Shown piece after piece: positions 51,501 to 64,000 of a stretch of DNA of 64,000 nt; positions within the stretch are counted from its first letter, which is position 1, and the number at the start of each line of letters is the position of its first letter. Location of the stretch: NCBI RefSeq assembly GCF_009914755.1, contig NC_060929.1. The stretch is one strand, 5' to 3'. The translations under genes and the position numbers were made by a program. The stretch comes from the human T2T-CHM13v2.0 reference genome, Homo sapiens. A model generated the notes under the pieces. That model made no database searches. It was not told the DNA's origin and saw nothing but the letters and a program-made list of their open reading frames with translations.

Positions 51501-51983
51501 TGACACTATTTACAATAGCAAAGACTTGGAACCAACCCAAATGCCCACCAATGATAGACAGGATAAAGAAAATGTGACACATGTACACTGTGGAATACTA
51601 TGCAGCCATAAGAAAGAATGAGTTCATGTCCTTTGCAGGGACATGGATTAAGCTGGAAGCCATCATTCTCAGCAAACTAATACAGGAACAGAAAACCAAA
51701 CACTGCATGTTCTCACTCATAAGTGGGAGCTGAACAATGAGAACACATGGACACAGGGAGAGGAACATGACACACTAGGGTCTGTTGGGGGGGTGGGAGG
51801 CAAGGGGAGGAAGAGCATTAGGACAAATACCTAATGCACGCAGGCTTAAAACCTAGATGATGGGTTGATAGGTGCAGCAAACCACCATGGCACGTGTATA
51901 CCTATGTGACAAGCCTGCACATTCTGCACATGTATCCCAGAACTTAAAGAAAAATAAATAAAATAAAATAAAATAAAATAAAA
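45523..51983 (+). mobile_element. Full-length (~6.45 kb) decayed L1PA7-like element
   Basis: 5' end ggggccaaggtggctgaatagaaacagctccgg; ORF1 C-terminus (47515..47844); ORF2 fragments 48345-51577; 3' UTR and (AAAAT)n tail. Degenerate TSD around gatggg(g)agggg. Confidence 0.95.
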
Positions 51984-52034
51984 CAGACAGATGGGGAGGG
52001 GGAATTGACAGATTTCCCCAGTTTTCCCTGATAC

Positions 52035-52560
52035 TATATACCAATTTTTAAAAATACAGGATCCAATCCGTAATCATACATTGGGTTTATTCTCCTCTAA
52101 TCTTGAACAGTTCACCTGCTTTTTTGTTTCTTTCATGATATTCAGAATTTTTAAGAAATCCAAGGTTAGTCATTTTATAGAATGTTCTGTGATTTAGGTT
52201 CCTCTGGTTGTTTCCTCATAATTAGATTAAAGTTAAGCATTTTTGGTAAGAATATTATATATGTAATATGTTTTTCTCAAAGAGTCCCTTCTGGAGGTAC
52301 ATAAAGGCAGTAATTATTCCTGATGTTAAGTTTGATCACTCAGTTAAAGTGGTACATACCAGATTTCTCCATCATACGTTATGTAATCTAAGGGTTGATG
52401 CTTTGATATTTCATGAATCCTGATTCCCCACAAAATTTCACCAAATTGTTTTAACATCTTTTGATTATCCTTGCCTGAATTAGGTATTACTGATGGTTGT
52501 AAGATGGTCATTTTCTATGCTATCATTTCTTCTACAGTTACTGGCTGGACTCACTAGGTT
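52035..52560 (-). mobile_element. Ancient L1MC/ME-like 3' fragment
   Basis: caggatccaatcc, ttttatagaatgttct, gatgttaagtttgatcactcagttaaagtggt..ccagatttctccat resemble L1MC 3' regions. Confidence 0.5.
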
Positions 52561-53978
52561 TTTGTTGTTGCCATCATTGTTTTTGTTAGTTACTATCGAA
52601 CCATAGATTCTTTTTTTAAATTACCTCTCTAATACCACCAGCAACAAACTACAGGTAAAGTTCAAGATGTTTTTACTTGATTCTTTTTGTCTTCAGAATA
52701 AAAATTATAGAGGAGATAAAGTCAGAGTACTCTGTCTCAAGTTACTTGAATTAATTGGTTACTTGGTTGAGAAGATCATATTGTTAGAATTTATATGCAG
52801 AGTGATCTAAAGTCAGATTTTCCATTCCATGACTAGGATGGCCCATGTGGAGCAAGGCAAAGTGAAGAAATGTTGGAAGAAATATTACTCAATTAACGTC
52901 TACAAAAACAAAAGAATAAGATGATACTTTTGGAGTTTTCCATTATTGTGTAAAACAAAACAAAACAAAATTCTTAACATATCTTATTTGATGAAGCATT
53001 TGTTTTCTGGTGTGACTTGGTTTTCCATTTATAAATCAGTGCATGAGAAGATGAATTCATTTCTAGTTTTATTGAATACAAAATGCCAATGAGCTATCCA
53101 GCTGAAGATGCATAGCAGACAACAGGAAGTGTGGGTTTGAAGCCTAACAAACTGACCAAGAGCATTGGCTATACTGTAAAAATTAAAGCTATGGCAGTAA
53201 ACGGGACAATAGAGGCAAGACTAAGAGGAAGAGAAGAGAGGCCAAGTACAGTCTCTTGAGGGAAAATATTTCTGGTAAAGAAAGAGGAAGATGTGATAAA
53301 TAAGGAATAGAGAAAGCCAATAAAGGATTTTTTTTAATGAAAAGACTTGCATTTAGGCTCAAGGCTACATGCTTCTTTATAGATTGATAGGTGCTGCCAA
53401 TGGTCAGAGAATGACACCCTGAGTATGGGTGCCTTGGCACGTGCTGAGTTCTTTCAACTGAAAAAGATTGGAAGGGCATCAGAAACAAGGTCTCTCTAAT
53501 CTCCCTTACATCCTCCTTTCTCCCCCAAGGCATATCATAAAAACCAGAACTCTTCCCTGAAGTGGTCATAGAAACTAAAAATCCTTACCCCTAAAGCAAG
53601 CCATGAAATCTAAAAAGGTCACTTTCTGACCTACCTTCCCTAAAAGTGAGACCCTTTTGTCCTGCCATGTGCCCAAAGGAAAAGAGTACTGCAGAGAGAG
53701 GCGAAGAAGAATCTTAACAAAGAACCTTTTTATGTTCCCCAAAGTTATTACCATTAGATCATACCCCTTTTTCCAATCATATTTCTCCACAAATGTCTAC
53801 TTCTTTCATGGGGCTTAGCATAAAAGTACACAGTTTTCCCTGGGTCTTTGAGTCTTCATTTCTGAAGTCTCCTACTCCCCGTAAAACACTGTTAAATAAA
53901 GTTATGTATTTCTCTTGTTAATCTGTCTTTTTTTATGGGGTATCAGTCATGACCCTTATGATGGGCAAGGAAAAGATA

Positions 53979-55258
53979 TTAGGTTAGTACAAAAGCAATT
54001 GCAGTTTTTGCACTGTTGAAATTTGCTATTTGATATTCGAATTCATTCTTACATAACTGTGGTTATGTTATACATCATTTTAACGCATGTTTCTCACTTT
54101 ATTTTTTTTGCTAATGACTTATTACTTGCTGTTTATCTTATATTTATTTTAGACTATGGAAATGCTGTTAGACAAAAAGCAAATTTGAGCAATTTTCTCA
54201 TTTGAGTTCAAAATGTGTCGTAAAACAGTGGAGACAACTCGCAACATCAGTAAAGCATTTGGCCCAGAAACTGTTACTGAACATACAATGTAGTGGCGGT
54301 TCAAGAAGTTTTGCAAAGGAGATGAGAGCCTTGAAGATGAGAAGCATAGTGGCTGGCCATCGGAAGTTGACAACAACCAATTGAGAGAATCTTTGAAGCT
54401 GATCCTCTTACAACTACACAAGAAGTTGCCTTAAAACTCAACACCAACCATTCTATGGTCATTTGTAATTTGAAGCAAATTGGAAAGGTGAAAAAGCTTG
54501 ATAAGTGGGTGTCTCATGAGCTGAGCAAAAATTTTAAAAAATCATCATTTTGAAGTGTCATCTCTCATTCTATGCAGTAACAATGAACCATGTATCAATC
54601 GAATTATGATGTACAACAAAAAGTGGATTTTATACAATAACCAGTGATGACCAACCAGCTCAGTGGTTAGACCAAGAAGAAGCTCCAAAGCCCTTCCCAA
54701 AGCCAAAACTGCACGAGAAAAAGGTCATGGTCACTGTTTGGTAGTCTGCTGCCAGTCTAATCCACTACAGCTTTCTGAATTCTGGCAAAAGCATTACAAC
54801 TGAGAAGTATGCTCAGCAAATCAATGAGATGCACCAAAACCCACAATGCCTGCAGTTGCCATTTGCCAACAGATAGGGCCCAATTCTTCTCCACAACACC
54901 ACCTGACTGCACGTTGCACAACCAATGCTTCAACAGTTTAATGAATTGGGCTACGAAGTTTTGCCTCATCTGTCATATTCACCTGACCTCTCGCCAACCG
55001 ACTACCACTTCTTCAAGCACCTCGACAACTTTTTGCAGCGAAAATGCTTCCACAACCAGCAGGAAGCAGAAAATGCTTCCCAAGGGTTCGTTGAATCCCA
55101 AAGCATGGATTTTTACCCTACAGGAATAAACGAACTTATTTCTCTTTGGAAAAAATGTGTTCATTGTAATGATTCCTGTTTTGGTTAATAAAGATGTGTT
55201 TGAACCTATTTATGATTTAAAATTCACAGGCTGAAACCGTAATTACTTTTGCACCAAC
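53979..55258 (+). mobile_element. Full-length Hsmar1 mariner transposon fossil (~1.28 kb)
   Basis: TA target sites at 53977-53978 and 55259-55260. TIRs ttaggttagtacaaaagcaattgcagtttt and aaaccgtaattacttttgcaccaac. Confidence 0.95.
54156..55188 (+). pseudogene. Hsmar1 transposase pseudogene
   Basis: Starts MEMLLDKKQI then TGA (CGA decay). The C-terminal fragment ELGYEVLPHLSYSPDLSPTDYHFFKHLDNFL (ORF 54925..55188) keeps YSPDL and the third catalytic Asp. Multiple stops and frameshifts. Confidence 0.93.
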
Positions 55259-55382
55259 TACAGTTTTCACCCCTACTGTTTTTAGAGTCAAGATTACTAG
55301 AATGTCAGAAATGAGCAAAATTAGACGTAACTTCATAAAGACAATGTAGTCCTGATAGGAAGTATAAAGGTCGTTTAGTCTT

Positions 55383-55732
55383 TGTATCAGTTTCTTGTCA
55401 TTGCTGTAACAAATTACCACAAACTCGGTGCCTTAAAACAACATTCTACAGTTTTAGAGGTCGCAAGTCCAGAATCTTTCACTGGCCAAAACCAAAGTGT
55501 TGAGAGACCTTCATTTCCTCCAGAGGCCCTAGGGGAGAATCCACTTTCTGTCTTTTTCAGCTTCTAGAGCGTCATTTCTTTGGCTTGTAGCCCCTTCCTC
55601 TATTTTCAAAACCAGTAGCATCTTGTTTCAGTCTTCTCATCACCTGTCCCTTCTCAGGTCAAATTTCCGTCTGCTTCCCTCTTATAAGGACACTTTTGAT
55701 TACATTTAGGATCCATTCAGATAATCCAAAAT
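55383..55732. mobile_element. MLT1 (B/C/D-like) MaLR LTR
   Basis: tgtatcagtttc..ttgctgtaacaaattaccacaaact..ccagaggccctaggggagaatcc..cagcttctagag..cttataaggacac. Confidence 0.8.
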
Positions 55733-55888
55733 GTGGGAAAATAAAACCATAAAAAATGTTCCAGAACCACATCACTCTTCAGGCTGCTAATCTCTGTCAA
55801 GTTTGTTTGGTAGTATCATACTTATCAGCATTTACATGAAGCATTACTTTTCAGAAGGATTTTAAATAGCTATAATTAAAGCTATGGT

Positions 55889-56025
55889 GGCCAGGCATGG
55901 TAGCTCATGCCTATAATCCCAGCACTTAGGGAGGCTGAGGCAAAAGGATCGCTTGAGGCCAGGAGTTTGAGACTAGCCTGGCCAATATAGCGAAACTCTG
56001 TCTGTGTTTTAAATAAAATAAATAA
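55889..56025 (+). mobile_element. FLAM / Alu left monomer
   Basis: ggccaggcatggtagctcatgcc...gaaactctgtc followed by an A-rich tail. Confidence 0.85.
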
Positions 56026-56647
56026 AGTTGTGGAACAAGGAGTAAATTGTGCAAGTTTACAAAGCCAATCTTTTCATCAAAATGAAGCCTCATGCTGTCT
56101 GTTCTTTTGAATAGTTCTTAGAATGGCCACATGCCCATTTTGACCTCACCGTGACAAAGTGAGGGTTGTTTGAGCCAAGAAAAGTCTAAACTAAATAAGT
56201 AAATACAGTAAAAAGTTAAGTTTATTAGATTTAATTTCCCCTTTGGAAAAGAGCCAAAAACATGGCATTCTAAAGCAAGACAACCCTTAGATCAAATCTC
56301 AGATGTGCCATCTGTACTTGACCAATCTGAGCCTTAGTGTCTTCGTCAAATGACATTGAATAAATAAGCACTTGATAGATGCTTAATAAATGTTGGGCAC
56401 TTTCTTTTTCATGAAAATTTACATCATTCATTAAATATTATTTGACTGTCTACCATGTGGCCAGGCATTAGCAGACACACATAAATTTAACCTAATATTT
56501 CTATTTTAGTAATTTTTTAAACCTTAATGTGAGATATAAAGATAAAGCAAGATGTCTACAGATATCAGAAGAATTTAAATAAAATAATGTACAGTTTAAC
56601 ATTCAAAGTTGTGTTTATAATTGAGAATAAAGAAGACCTACTGACCT

Positions 56648-57963
56648 GTGAGATATATATATATACACACACATGTATTTTCATCCATGGTTCCTAGCTC
56701 ATAGCTCCCATAACCTTTGTTACAGTCTTTTGTTATAATGTTGGGGTGTCTTAGGCCTCAGAAACAGGCCTCAGGAAACAGAATCAATCAATCACTCTCT
56801 CTCTCTCACCTTCTCCTGCCCAAACAAGGAATCTAACCTGATTGTAGGTCATAAGACCCTTATTCCAGAGAGGGTCCTGCCCCATATTCTGGAGGAAGGA
56901 ATGTTGCACAGAGAGGCCAAGAGGAATCTGAACAGGCAGGCATTGCTGGGTAATGTAATTTGGTTTGGCTCTGTGTCCCCACACAAATCTCATGTTGAAC
57001 TGTAATCTTTCAGTGTTGGAAGTGGGAGGTGAATGGATCATGGGAGCAGACTTCCCCCTTGCTGTTCTTGTGATAGTGATTGAGTTCTCACAAGATCTCA
57101 TTGTTTAAAAGTGTGTAGCACTTCTCACTTCACTATCTCTCTCCTGCTTCATGTGGAGATATACCTGCTTCCCTTTTGCCTTGCACCATGACTGAAAGTT
57201 TCCTGAGGCCTTCCCCAGCCAGCCTACCCATACAGACTGAAGAACTGTGAGCCAATTAAACCTTTTTTCTTTATAAATTACCCAGTTTCAGGTAGTTCTT
57301 TATAGCAATGTGAGAACAGACTAATGCGCTGGGTTTAGATAATACTCTTTTTGTTGAATCACATTTTGACACAGTTGTCCCTGCTTCAATCATGGACAAT
57401 CAATAAAGTCTCCATCAAAGGCCCAAAGGACAGGGTTAGAGAGCTTCCAAAGCACTGAACACATGGAGGTTGACAGGAAGATGTACTCATCTATGTGCCT
57501 GCAGGGTGGCAAACCCCCAACTCCACAAGGACAGTAGCTCCTGTACTCAGGACTGTCCCAAACCTCACCCTATGTATCTCTCCATCTGGCTGTTTACTTG
57601 TATCCTTTAAGATATCCATCATAATAAACTGGTAAGCATAAGTGTTTCCCTGACTTCTGTAAGCTACTGAAGTAAATTAATTGAACTCAAAGCAGGGGTC
57701 TGGGGAGCCCCAACTTGAAGCCAATCAGAAGTTTTGGAAGTCCAGGCTTGTGACTGGTGGGAAGGAGGGAGTGGTCTTGTGGGACTGAGTTGTCAACCTG
57801 TGGAATCTGTCTCTATCTCTGGAGGACACCCAAGCTGGTGTCCACTGCTTGGTGTGTGGGGAAAAGCCACCATACATTTCATCAGAGGTCTTATGTGAAG
57901 GTGATTGTTGTGGTGTGAGAGCAGAGGGAAAAGCATGGTTTGAGGGTTTTTCCCAAAAATACA
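56648..57963. mobile_element. MER21-family LTR interrupted by an MST LTR
   Basis: ggttcctagctcatagctcccataacc..ggcctcaggaaacagaatc..; resumes caataaagtctccat..gagcttcc..ccaactccac..gtcttgtgggactgag. Confidence 0.75.
56951..57328. mobile_element. MSTA-like MaLR solo LTR
   Basis: ggtttggctctgtgtccccac..aaatctcatgttgaa ... gagaacagactaat; 5-bp TSD CTGGG at 56946-56950 and 57329-57333. Confidence 0.88.
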
Positions 57964-58789
57964 ACCTGTTGTGAATTCTTGAATTAATTGTTTTATTGAT
58001 AAGCAATGAGTTGGAAACAATGTATGAATATAAAGTGATATAGTATCATTTCATTAATAGTATCTAACTCAAATTTACTCAAGTGAAATCTTTTCATCTA
58101 GAGAAAAATGCCAACAATAGGTTACAATATAATATCTGCTGACATTTTTCAATATCAATATGTAACTATCAGCTCCTAAATGTTTATGAGTTTAAATTTG
58201 AAGATTTTATAAATCTTGATAGAGTATGTATGAAGGAAGAAAATTATATTTTGTTAAAATCAAAGAAGATAGTCACAAGGTAAATTTCAGTTTATCTTTA
58301 TAATTTAAACAGTTACCTCTTCAGAATGAATGTCACTTTTGTTCTTGCTAACAGTGATAGAATTCATGAATAGTTGCATTTTAGTCACTGTCATTAATTG
58401 ATAAGTCAGAAGTTTGTAGTGTATCTTTGTAAGTAGATTCCTTTAAGTGTGAGAGTGATTGACAAAAGCAGGAATCAACCAATCTAAAAGCGTTAATAAC
58501 ATTTAAAGTAAAGCCTACAAATATGAACACCAAACAAAAGTGTTCTTGATACCAGTTTATAATCCTAAATGGGGGAAACATTGTGAAAATACAACCCTAT
58601 CAAATGACTCCTAGGGATTTCCACATCAGCCTAAACTAATATGTGCCACGAGTAATAGTATGCTTTAGTCCTACTTACAAATGGCATTTCATCTAAGGAC
58701 ACACAAAGCAGTACACTTGGGAAATATAAATTATAGACATGTAAGACACGGAATGACTGACTGAACTTTACAAGAGAAAGAAGAAAACT

Positions 58790-59055
58790 GGCTAGGCACA
58801 GTGGCTCATACCTCTCATCCCAGCACTTTGGGAAGCTGAGGCAGGTAGATTGCTTGAGCTCAGGAGTTCAAGACCAGCCTGAACAACATGGCAAAACCCT
58901 GCCTCTACAAAAAATACAAAAATTAACCAGGCATGGTGGTATGCCTGTAGTCCCAGAAGGTGGAGGGTGCAGTGAGCCGAGATTGCACCACTGCACTCCA
59001 GCCTGGGTGACAGAGCAAGACCCTGTCTCAAAAAAAAAAAAAAAAAAAAAAAAAA
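58790..59055 (+). mobile_element. Alu with an internal deletion in the right arm
   Basis: Left arm intact; the right arm jumps from gtagtcccag to aaggtggagg; long poly(A). Confidence 0.88.
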
Positions 59056-59928
59056 GAAAGGATCATAGAGGACAATAAGATGAGTATGAATTAAGTAAAT
59101 ATTTAACAGTATGAAAGGACTCCTAAGAGTGTATAATATAATGTCACTGCATGTTAAATAAAGGTTAAAATGGAGTAAGTGAAGAACTGCTTCAGTTAAG
59201 CTTCTGAAGGATCAAGTCCATGTCGCACTTTGCTTTAGAATACAACTCTCAAAGAGATATATGGTTAGAATGATGAAATTCCAAAGAGGAAAACAGCAAC
59301 AGCTAAATGCTAAAAGGTAGATTGTATTTTAAATTTCTTTAAGTTTTAAAAAAGATAATTTAATAATAGCATATAGCAAGGGTTCTCAAATGCTTTGGTC
59401 TTAGGACCACTTTATGCTTTCAAAAATTATGAGGGACTTCTGGCCTTAGCTCCAACATGTAAAGAGCTTAAAAGTTATCATTCCATCCTTACAAGAGAGA
59501 ACTAGAACACCTGACCACCTAGACCAACTGAAGTTCTCTGATAGATTCAAGAAAAGTTGTAGATTTCAAGGTAAACCACGGCATCGAGATCTAAAGAGAC
59601 AAGCAAACCCAGAGAGTCATGGCCAAGATCAGCTTACCTAGAAAAGTTGCTGAAGACATAAACTGGCAGAATCATTTAAAAGATAATTTTGACAAATTGC
59701 TGGAGGTTGAGTGTAGACTAGCTTGAGAATGAGAACTTCTTTAAGACCGTAGTTTCAGTGAGGCCACCATATTTCTTCGGGTTTACCTCAAAGACACTCA
59801 ACGAGGCTCTCATGGTAAAGACCAAAAATGTTTTTTGCAAGATGAAAAAGCCCTGAAGATCTATTTCACAACAATGTGAACATACTTAACATTACTGAAC
59901 TGTATACTTAAAACTTGACAGAATGGTA

Positions 59929-60200
59929 GGCTGGGGATGGTGGTTCACATCGGTAATCCTAGCACTTTGGGAGGCCAAGGTGGATGGATCACTTGAGGCC
60001 AGGAGTTCAAGACCAGCCTGGCCAACATGATGATACCCAGTCTCTACTAAAAATACAAAAATTAGCTTGGCATGGTGGCATATGCATGTCATCCCAGCTA
60101 CTTGGGAGAGCAGGCAGGAGAATCTCTTGAACCCAGAAGGTGGAGGTTGCAGTGGGCTGAGACAGTGCTACGGCACTGTCTCAGGAACAAAAAAAACAAA
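59929..60200 (+). mobile_element. AluS with a short 3' deletion
   Basis: ggctggggatggtggttcac...gaggttgcagtgggctgaga..cactgtctca followed by an A-rich tail. Confidence 0.85.
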
Positions 60201-60740
60201 ATGATGGAATGGCAAATGTTATGTGTTTAACACAAAAAACTGACAGCATTCATCTGGTCAAACAATAACCAGTTAGAAGATATAATAGACAAGAGAACCC
60301 TGATCATAATAGCAATAAAGAAGAGTAAAGATAAAATATTTAGGAATAAATTTAATAAGAGATATCCAAGATTTCTATGAAGAAAATTATAAAACATTTA
60401 TGAAAGATACAAAAATAGACTTGAATAAATGAGAAATTATCCTTTTTAATAGGATATCTCAAAATCATAAAGATGTCAGTTTTTCCTAAATTAATTTATA
60501 AAGTTAATCTGATTCCAGTAAAAATTTCAATATTCTAATAAACTTTTCATGGATCTAAATAATTTGATCCTAAAGTTTGTATGTAAAAACAAACACATAA
60601 GAATAGCTTTAAAAAACACTAACAAAAGAAAACTGTCAGGGAGGATATACTACAAAGCCTCTATAAAACTAAAACAATTTGGTACTGGAACATGAATAGA
60701 TAGGCTAATGGGATAGAATATAAAATTGAGAATAGACCAC

Positions 60741-61148
60741 TGATATGGTTTGGATCTGAGATTTGTGTCCCCACCAAAATCTCATGTTGAAATGTAATCA
60801 CCAATGTTAGAGGTGGGGTTTGATGGGAGGTAACTGACTCATGGGGGCAGCTTCTAATTGTTTAGCACCATGCCCCTAGTGCTGTTCCAATGAGTGAGTT
60901 CTCACAAGATCTGGCTGTTTAGAAGTGTTTAGCACCTCCCATCTCTCTTCCTGCTCCAGTCATGTAAGACGTGCCTGCTTCCCCTTCACCTTCTGCTATC
61001 ATTGTAACTTTCCTGAAGCCTCCCCAGAAGCGGAAGCCACATGCTTCCTGTACAGCCTGAAGAACTGTGAGCCAATTAAACTTCTTTTGTTTATAAATTA
61101 CCCAGTTTCAGGGATTTCTTTATAGCAGTGTGAGAATGAACTAATACA
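60741..61148. mobile_element. MSTA/MSTB-like MaLR solo LTR
   Basis: tgatatggtttgg ... gaatgaactaataca; 5-bp TSD ACCAC at 60736-60740 and 61149-61153. Confidence 0.9.
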
Positions 61149-62256
61149 ACCACCTACATATAAAAATTAATATGTGGTGGAAGTAATCTCTCTTAGTGCT
61201 TGGGATAAAGATTATCTTTTTAATAAATGGTGTTAGGACAACTGAAAAAGATAAAATTTGATCCATTCCTCATACCACTCATACCATACACAAGAATAAG
61301 CTCCAAATGGATCAGAGATCTAAATAAGAAGGGAAGGGAAGGAGAGAGGGAGTGAAGGAGGGAGGAAGGAAGGCAGGAATTATGTAAGTTCTAGAAGAAA
61401 CCATGAGTGAATTTTTCTATAGCCTCAGTAAAAATAGGCTTTTTACTTATAATTCAAGGCTTTTTAACTGACTCAAAATTCAGATGTAATAAAAGAAGTG
61501 ATACATTTGACCTCATAAAAATATAAATATCTGAGATGATAAACCACAATCAAAGTTAAAAAGCAAATAAACTGGGGGAAATATTTGCAACATATATTGT
61601 AGTTCAATAGCTGATTTCTAATGTACTAAGGACTTTTAAGAATTGGTGAGAGACAGACCAAAAAATCTTACAGAAAAATGAGTCAAAGTCACGAACAGAT
61701 GATTCACAAGAAGAGGCATAAAAATGGCCCTTAAACATAGGTAAAGATGTAATTGTGATCATAATAAAGAAAAATGCTATTTAAAATTATCTTGAGATTT
61801 TACTTTTCTCCCAGCTGACAGACAAAAGTTCAAAAGCTCGACAATATAGTTTTGTTTAGGCTATAGAGAAACAGGCACTCTTGTACATTGTTGGTGAGAA
61901 TGCTAAATGATAACAAACTATGTATATTCTTAGACTTATACTTGTAGGCACTTATAATAATACTTGTAAGAATTTATCTTGAAGATACAACTCCAATACA
62001 TATTAAAATACACCTCCAGAAAACATAAAAATACATACATATACACAAACTGATTACAGCATTAATGTAATTGAAAAATGTTGGGAACTACTTAAATATC
62101 TAAGCATAAGAAGTTGTATGAATAAACTATGGAACATCCACACAACTGGGTATTATATAGATGCTTTTAAAAAAGAATGAGAAAAAATTTCATATTAACT
62201 GATATGGTATGATTTCTAGAAGACATTGCTTACTGAAAGAACAAGTACAAGACGTT

Positions 62257-62400
62257 ATATATATGTACACACACACACTGTATATAAGATATTCACATAT
62301 ACAGTATATATACACACATATATACATACACACAGAGACCCAGATATGTGTGTGTGTGTATATATATACACACACACACATACATACATACATACATATT
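62257..62400. repeat. Compound (TA)n/(CA)n/(TG)n microsatellite
   Basis: Read directly; includes the perfect palindrome 62345-62382. Confidence 0.9.
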
Positions 62401-63564
62401 AATGTTGCCTTTTGTGTAACAAAAAGACAAAACCAGAAAACAATGAAACCCTTTACCTACTAAAGGGATGGGAGAAAAACATGCAGAAGGGATATGGGAG
62501 TGAGTGATACCTCTCCAAATATATCTTTTAGTATTATTTTGATTCTTGGAAGCATGCTAATGTTCTACATGTTTTTTAAAAAATTAAATCAATAGGGGTG
62601 AGAAGAGAAAAAAGAAGTCCTAAAATGTAAAGCAAACTGGACCAAATGGTCCCGCATGTATTTTAAATGAATACCATAACCACAATGAAGAGGAAAAAAA
62701 GAATGAATTTATCCTAGTTACTTTGAACCCACTATTTTACTTTTTACCTAGTCTTGGATTGGGTGGGATAGTGGGAGAGAATTTCAAACAAATCCTTAAC
62801 TCTTTTTCGTAGCATTTTAAAATATAGTGGTACGGGCAACAAAATTCTGAAACAAATTTGGATGTATTATAAGATTGAGCAAATGAATAAATGTATTGAT
62901 ATTGTTAAGATTCAGAGTTTTTACTGAAGAAGAAGGGACAAACTAATATGGAACATGGAAAGGAAAGAAATAACTTTTGTGGGGCGAACTGGAATCGGAG
63001 GAATAAATGTAAACCCATTTCTAAAATATGTCTATGCGTGTCTGTATACTTGTATATTTACATATACATAAGTTTCCTAATTTTGTCCACTTAAGAGCAT
63101 GAGCAAAGACACTTCAGCATGACTATAGCACATTTAGCATCAAGATCTTGATCTGTAATATCCTCTCTCCCTGAAATGAATTAAAGCTTCTCAGAAAAAT
63201 GACTGAGCTTAGGGCTAGGGCAGGGTAAATATGAGATCAGTCTAGAACATCTTGATATACTAGAAAGCAAGAACACATTACAAAAGGATAATGAACAAGA
63301 ACACAGGATCCAAATTAAAGGGGCTGCCACTTGTCAAATCTGAAAAAATTAAACAAAAATTTCTGTACAGTAACAAAATATAAACCATTGGAGTGAAAAA
63401 TAAGAACTCATGAATCTATACTGATAATAAATAGAGATAAACAATGGGGAAGAGATGAGGGCTCTTGCTTGTAAAATGCCAAATCCTGAGTGGTAAATAC
63501 AGAAAGAATGCTAGAATTGGAAAATCAGAAATTTGTGATCATTATAGGCAAGATTTAATTAGGA

Positions 63565-64000
63565 AGCAGGAATTCTGAAATGCCTATATGAGAAAGTTAA
63601 CAGATCCTCTTCTCAAAGAAACAGTGATAAAATTGGATGAATACATAAATTAGTTAATTAATAATAAAAAATAAAGTCTCTAGAAACTGACCACAGGGCA
63701 TGTAACAAATTGAAAAACATCTGCTCAGAAAATCTGCTGCATCTCAGTAAGAAAAGTGTGAGTCTGTGTCATTCATGCCAGGGGTTGCTCCTATCTTCTC
63801 CATCTCCATGTTGCAGAAATTCTATACTGTGCAGATGGGCAGGCCATGAGGACTGGTAGCTACCATCCTCCCTCAGCAGTTCCAGACATAGCACACAGGT
63901 GTCACTCCAGGAGAGGCTGCAGCAGGTTGGGAAGAGCAGTAGCTCTCATTCCTACCCTCATGGCTCTGCCTTGTGTTGTGACAGGTCTGTCCAGGATGGA
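63565..64000 (+). mobile_element. Probable old L1M 5' region, running off the window
   Basis: cagatcctcttctc..gtctctagaaactgaccaca..acaaattgaaaaacat..gaaaatctgctgcatctcagtaagaa resemble L1M 5' UTR sequence. Confidence 0.4.

Larger units (their letters stand above)
53395..55277 (+). mobile_element. MER39/MER34-family ERV1 solo LTR interrupted near its 3' end by Hsmar1
   Basis: tcagagaatgacaccctgagtatgggtgccttggcac..gctgag..gattggaaggg..aaggtctctct; the 3' end ggaaaagata resumes as cagttttcacccctac after the mariner. Confidence 0.7.
60230..62700 (+). mobile_element. Ancient L1M (L1ME/MC-like) ORF2 3' half and 3' UTR, interrupted by an MST LTR
   Basis: aaaatatttaggaataaatttaa, tttaataaatggtgttaggacaact, ctccaaatggatcagagatctaaat, cattgttggtgagaatg, gaataaactatgg occur in L1 order. 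Confidence 0.7.

Overview
Primate genomic DNA, human or a close great ape. The only host coding sequence I recognise is the last coding exon of NDUFS4 (+ strand, 12942-13045, [34 protein letters not shown]), followed by a short 3' UTR with three AATAAA signals. Positions 1-12941 are the distal part of the last intron. They hold MIR, L2 and DNA-transposon fossils, a decayed ERV1-type provirus with a nested LTR, a Y3 RNA retrocopy and an AluY, plus a TSD-flanked L1PA 3' fragment and a repeat-poor island at about 7.0-9.9 kb. From about 14.4 to 52 kb the window is almost solid LINE-1: three full-length decayed L1PA copies, one twin-primed inverted copy and older L1MA layers. The rest contains a full-length Hsmar1 fossil inside an LTR, MaLR and MER21 LTRs, Alus and old L1. 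Nearly every ORF in the supplied track is a transposon fragment. I see no evidence of a new enzymatic or genetic system. The best leads are structural: (1) an 813-bp Alu-armed palindrome with a perfect AT hairpin at its centre; (2) a composite twin-primed L1 that may carry a second L1 3' end as a transduction; (3) inverted L1 copies flanking the NDUFS4 last exon that share two non-consensus variants. Repeat subfamily names come from recalled consensus sequences and should be confirmed with RepeatMasker/Dfam.
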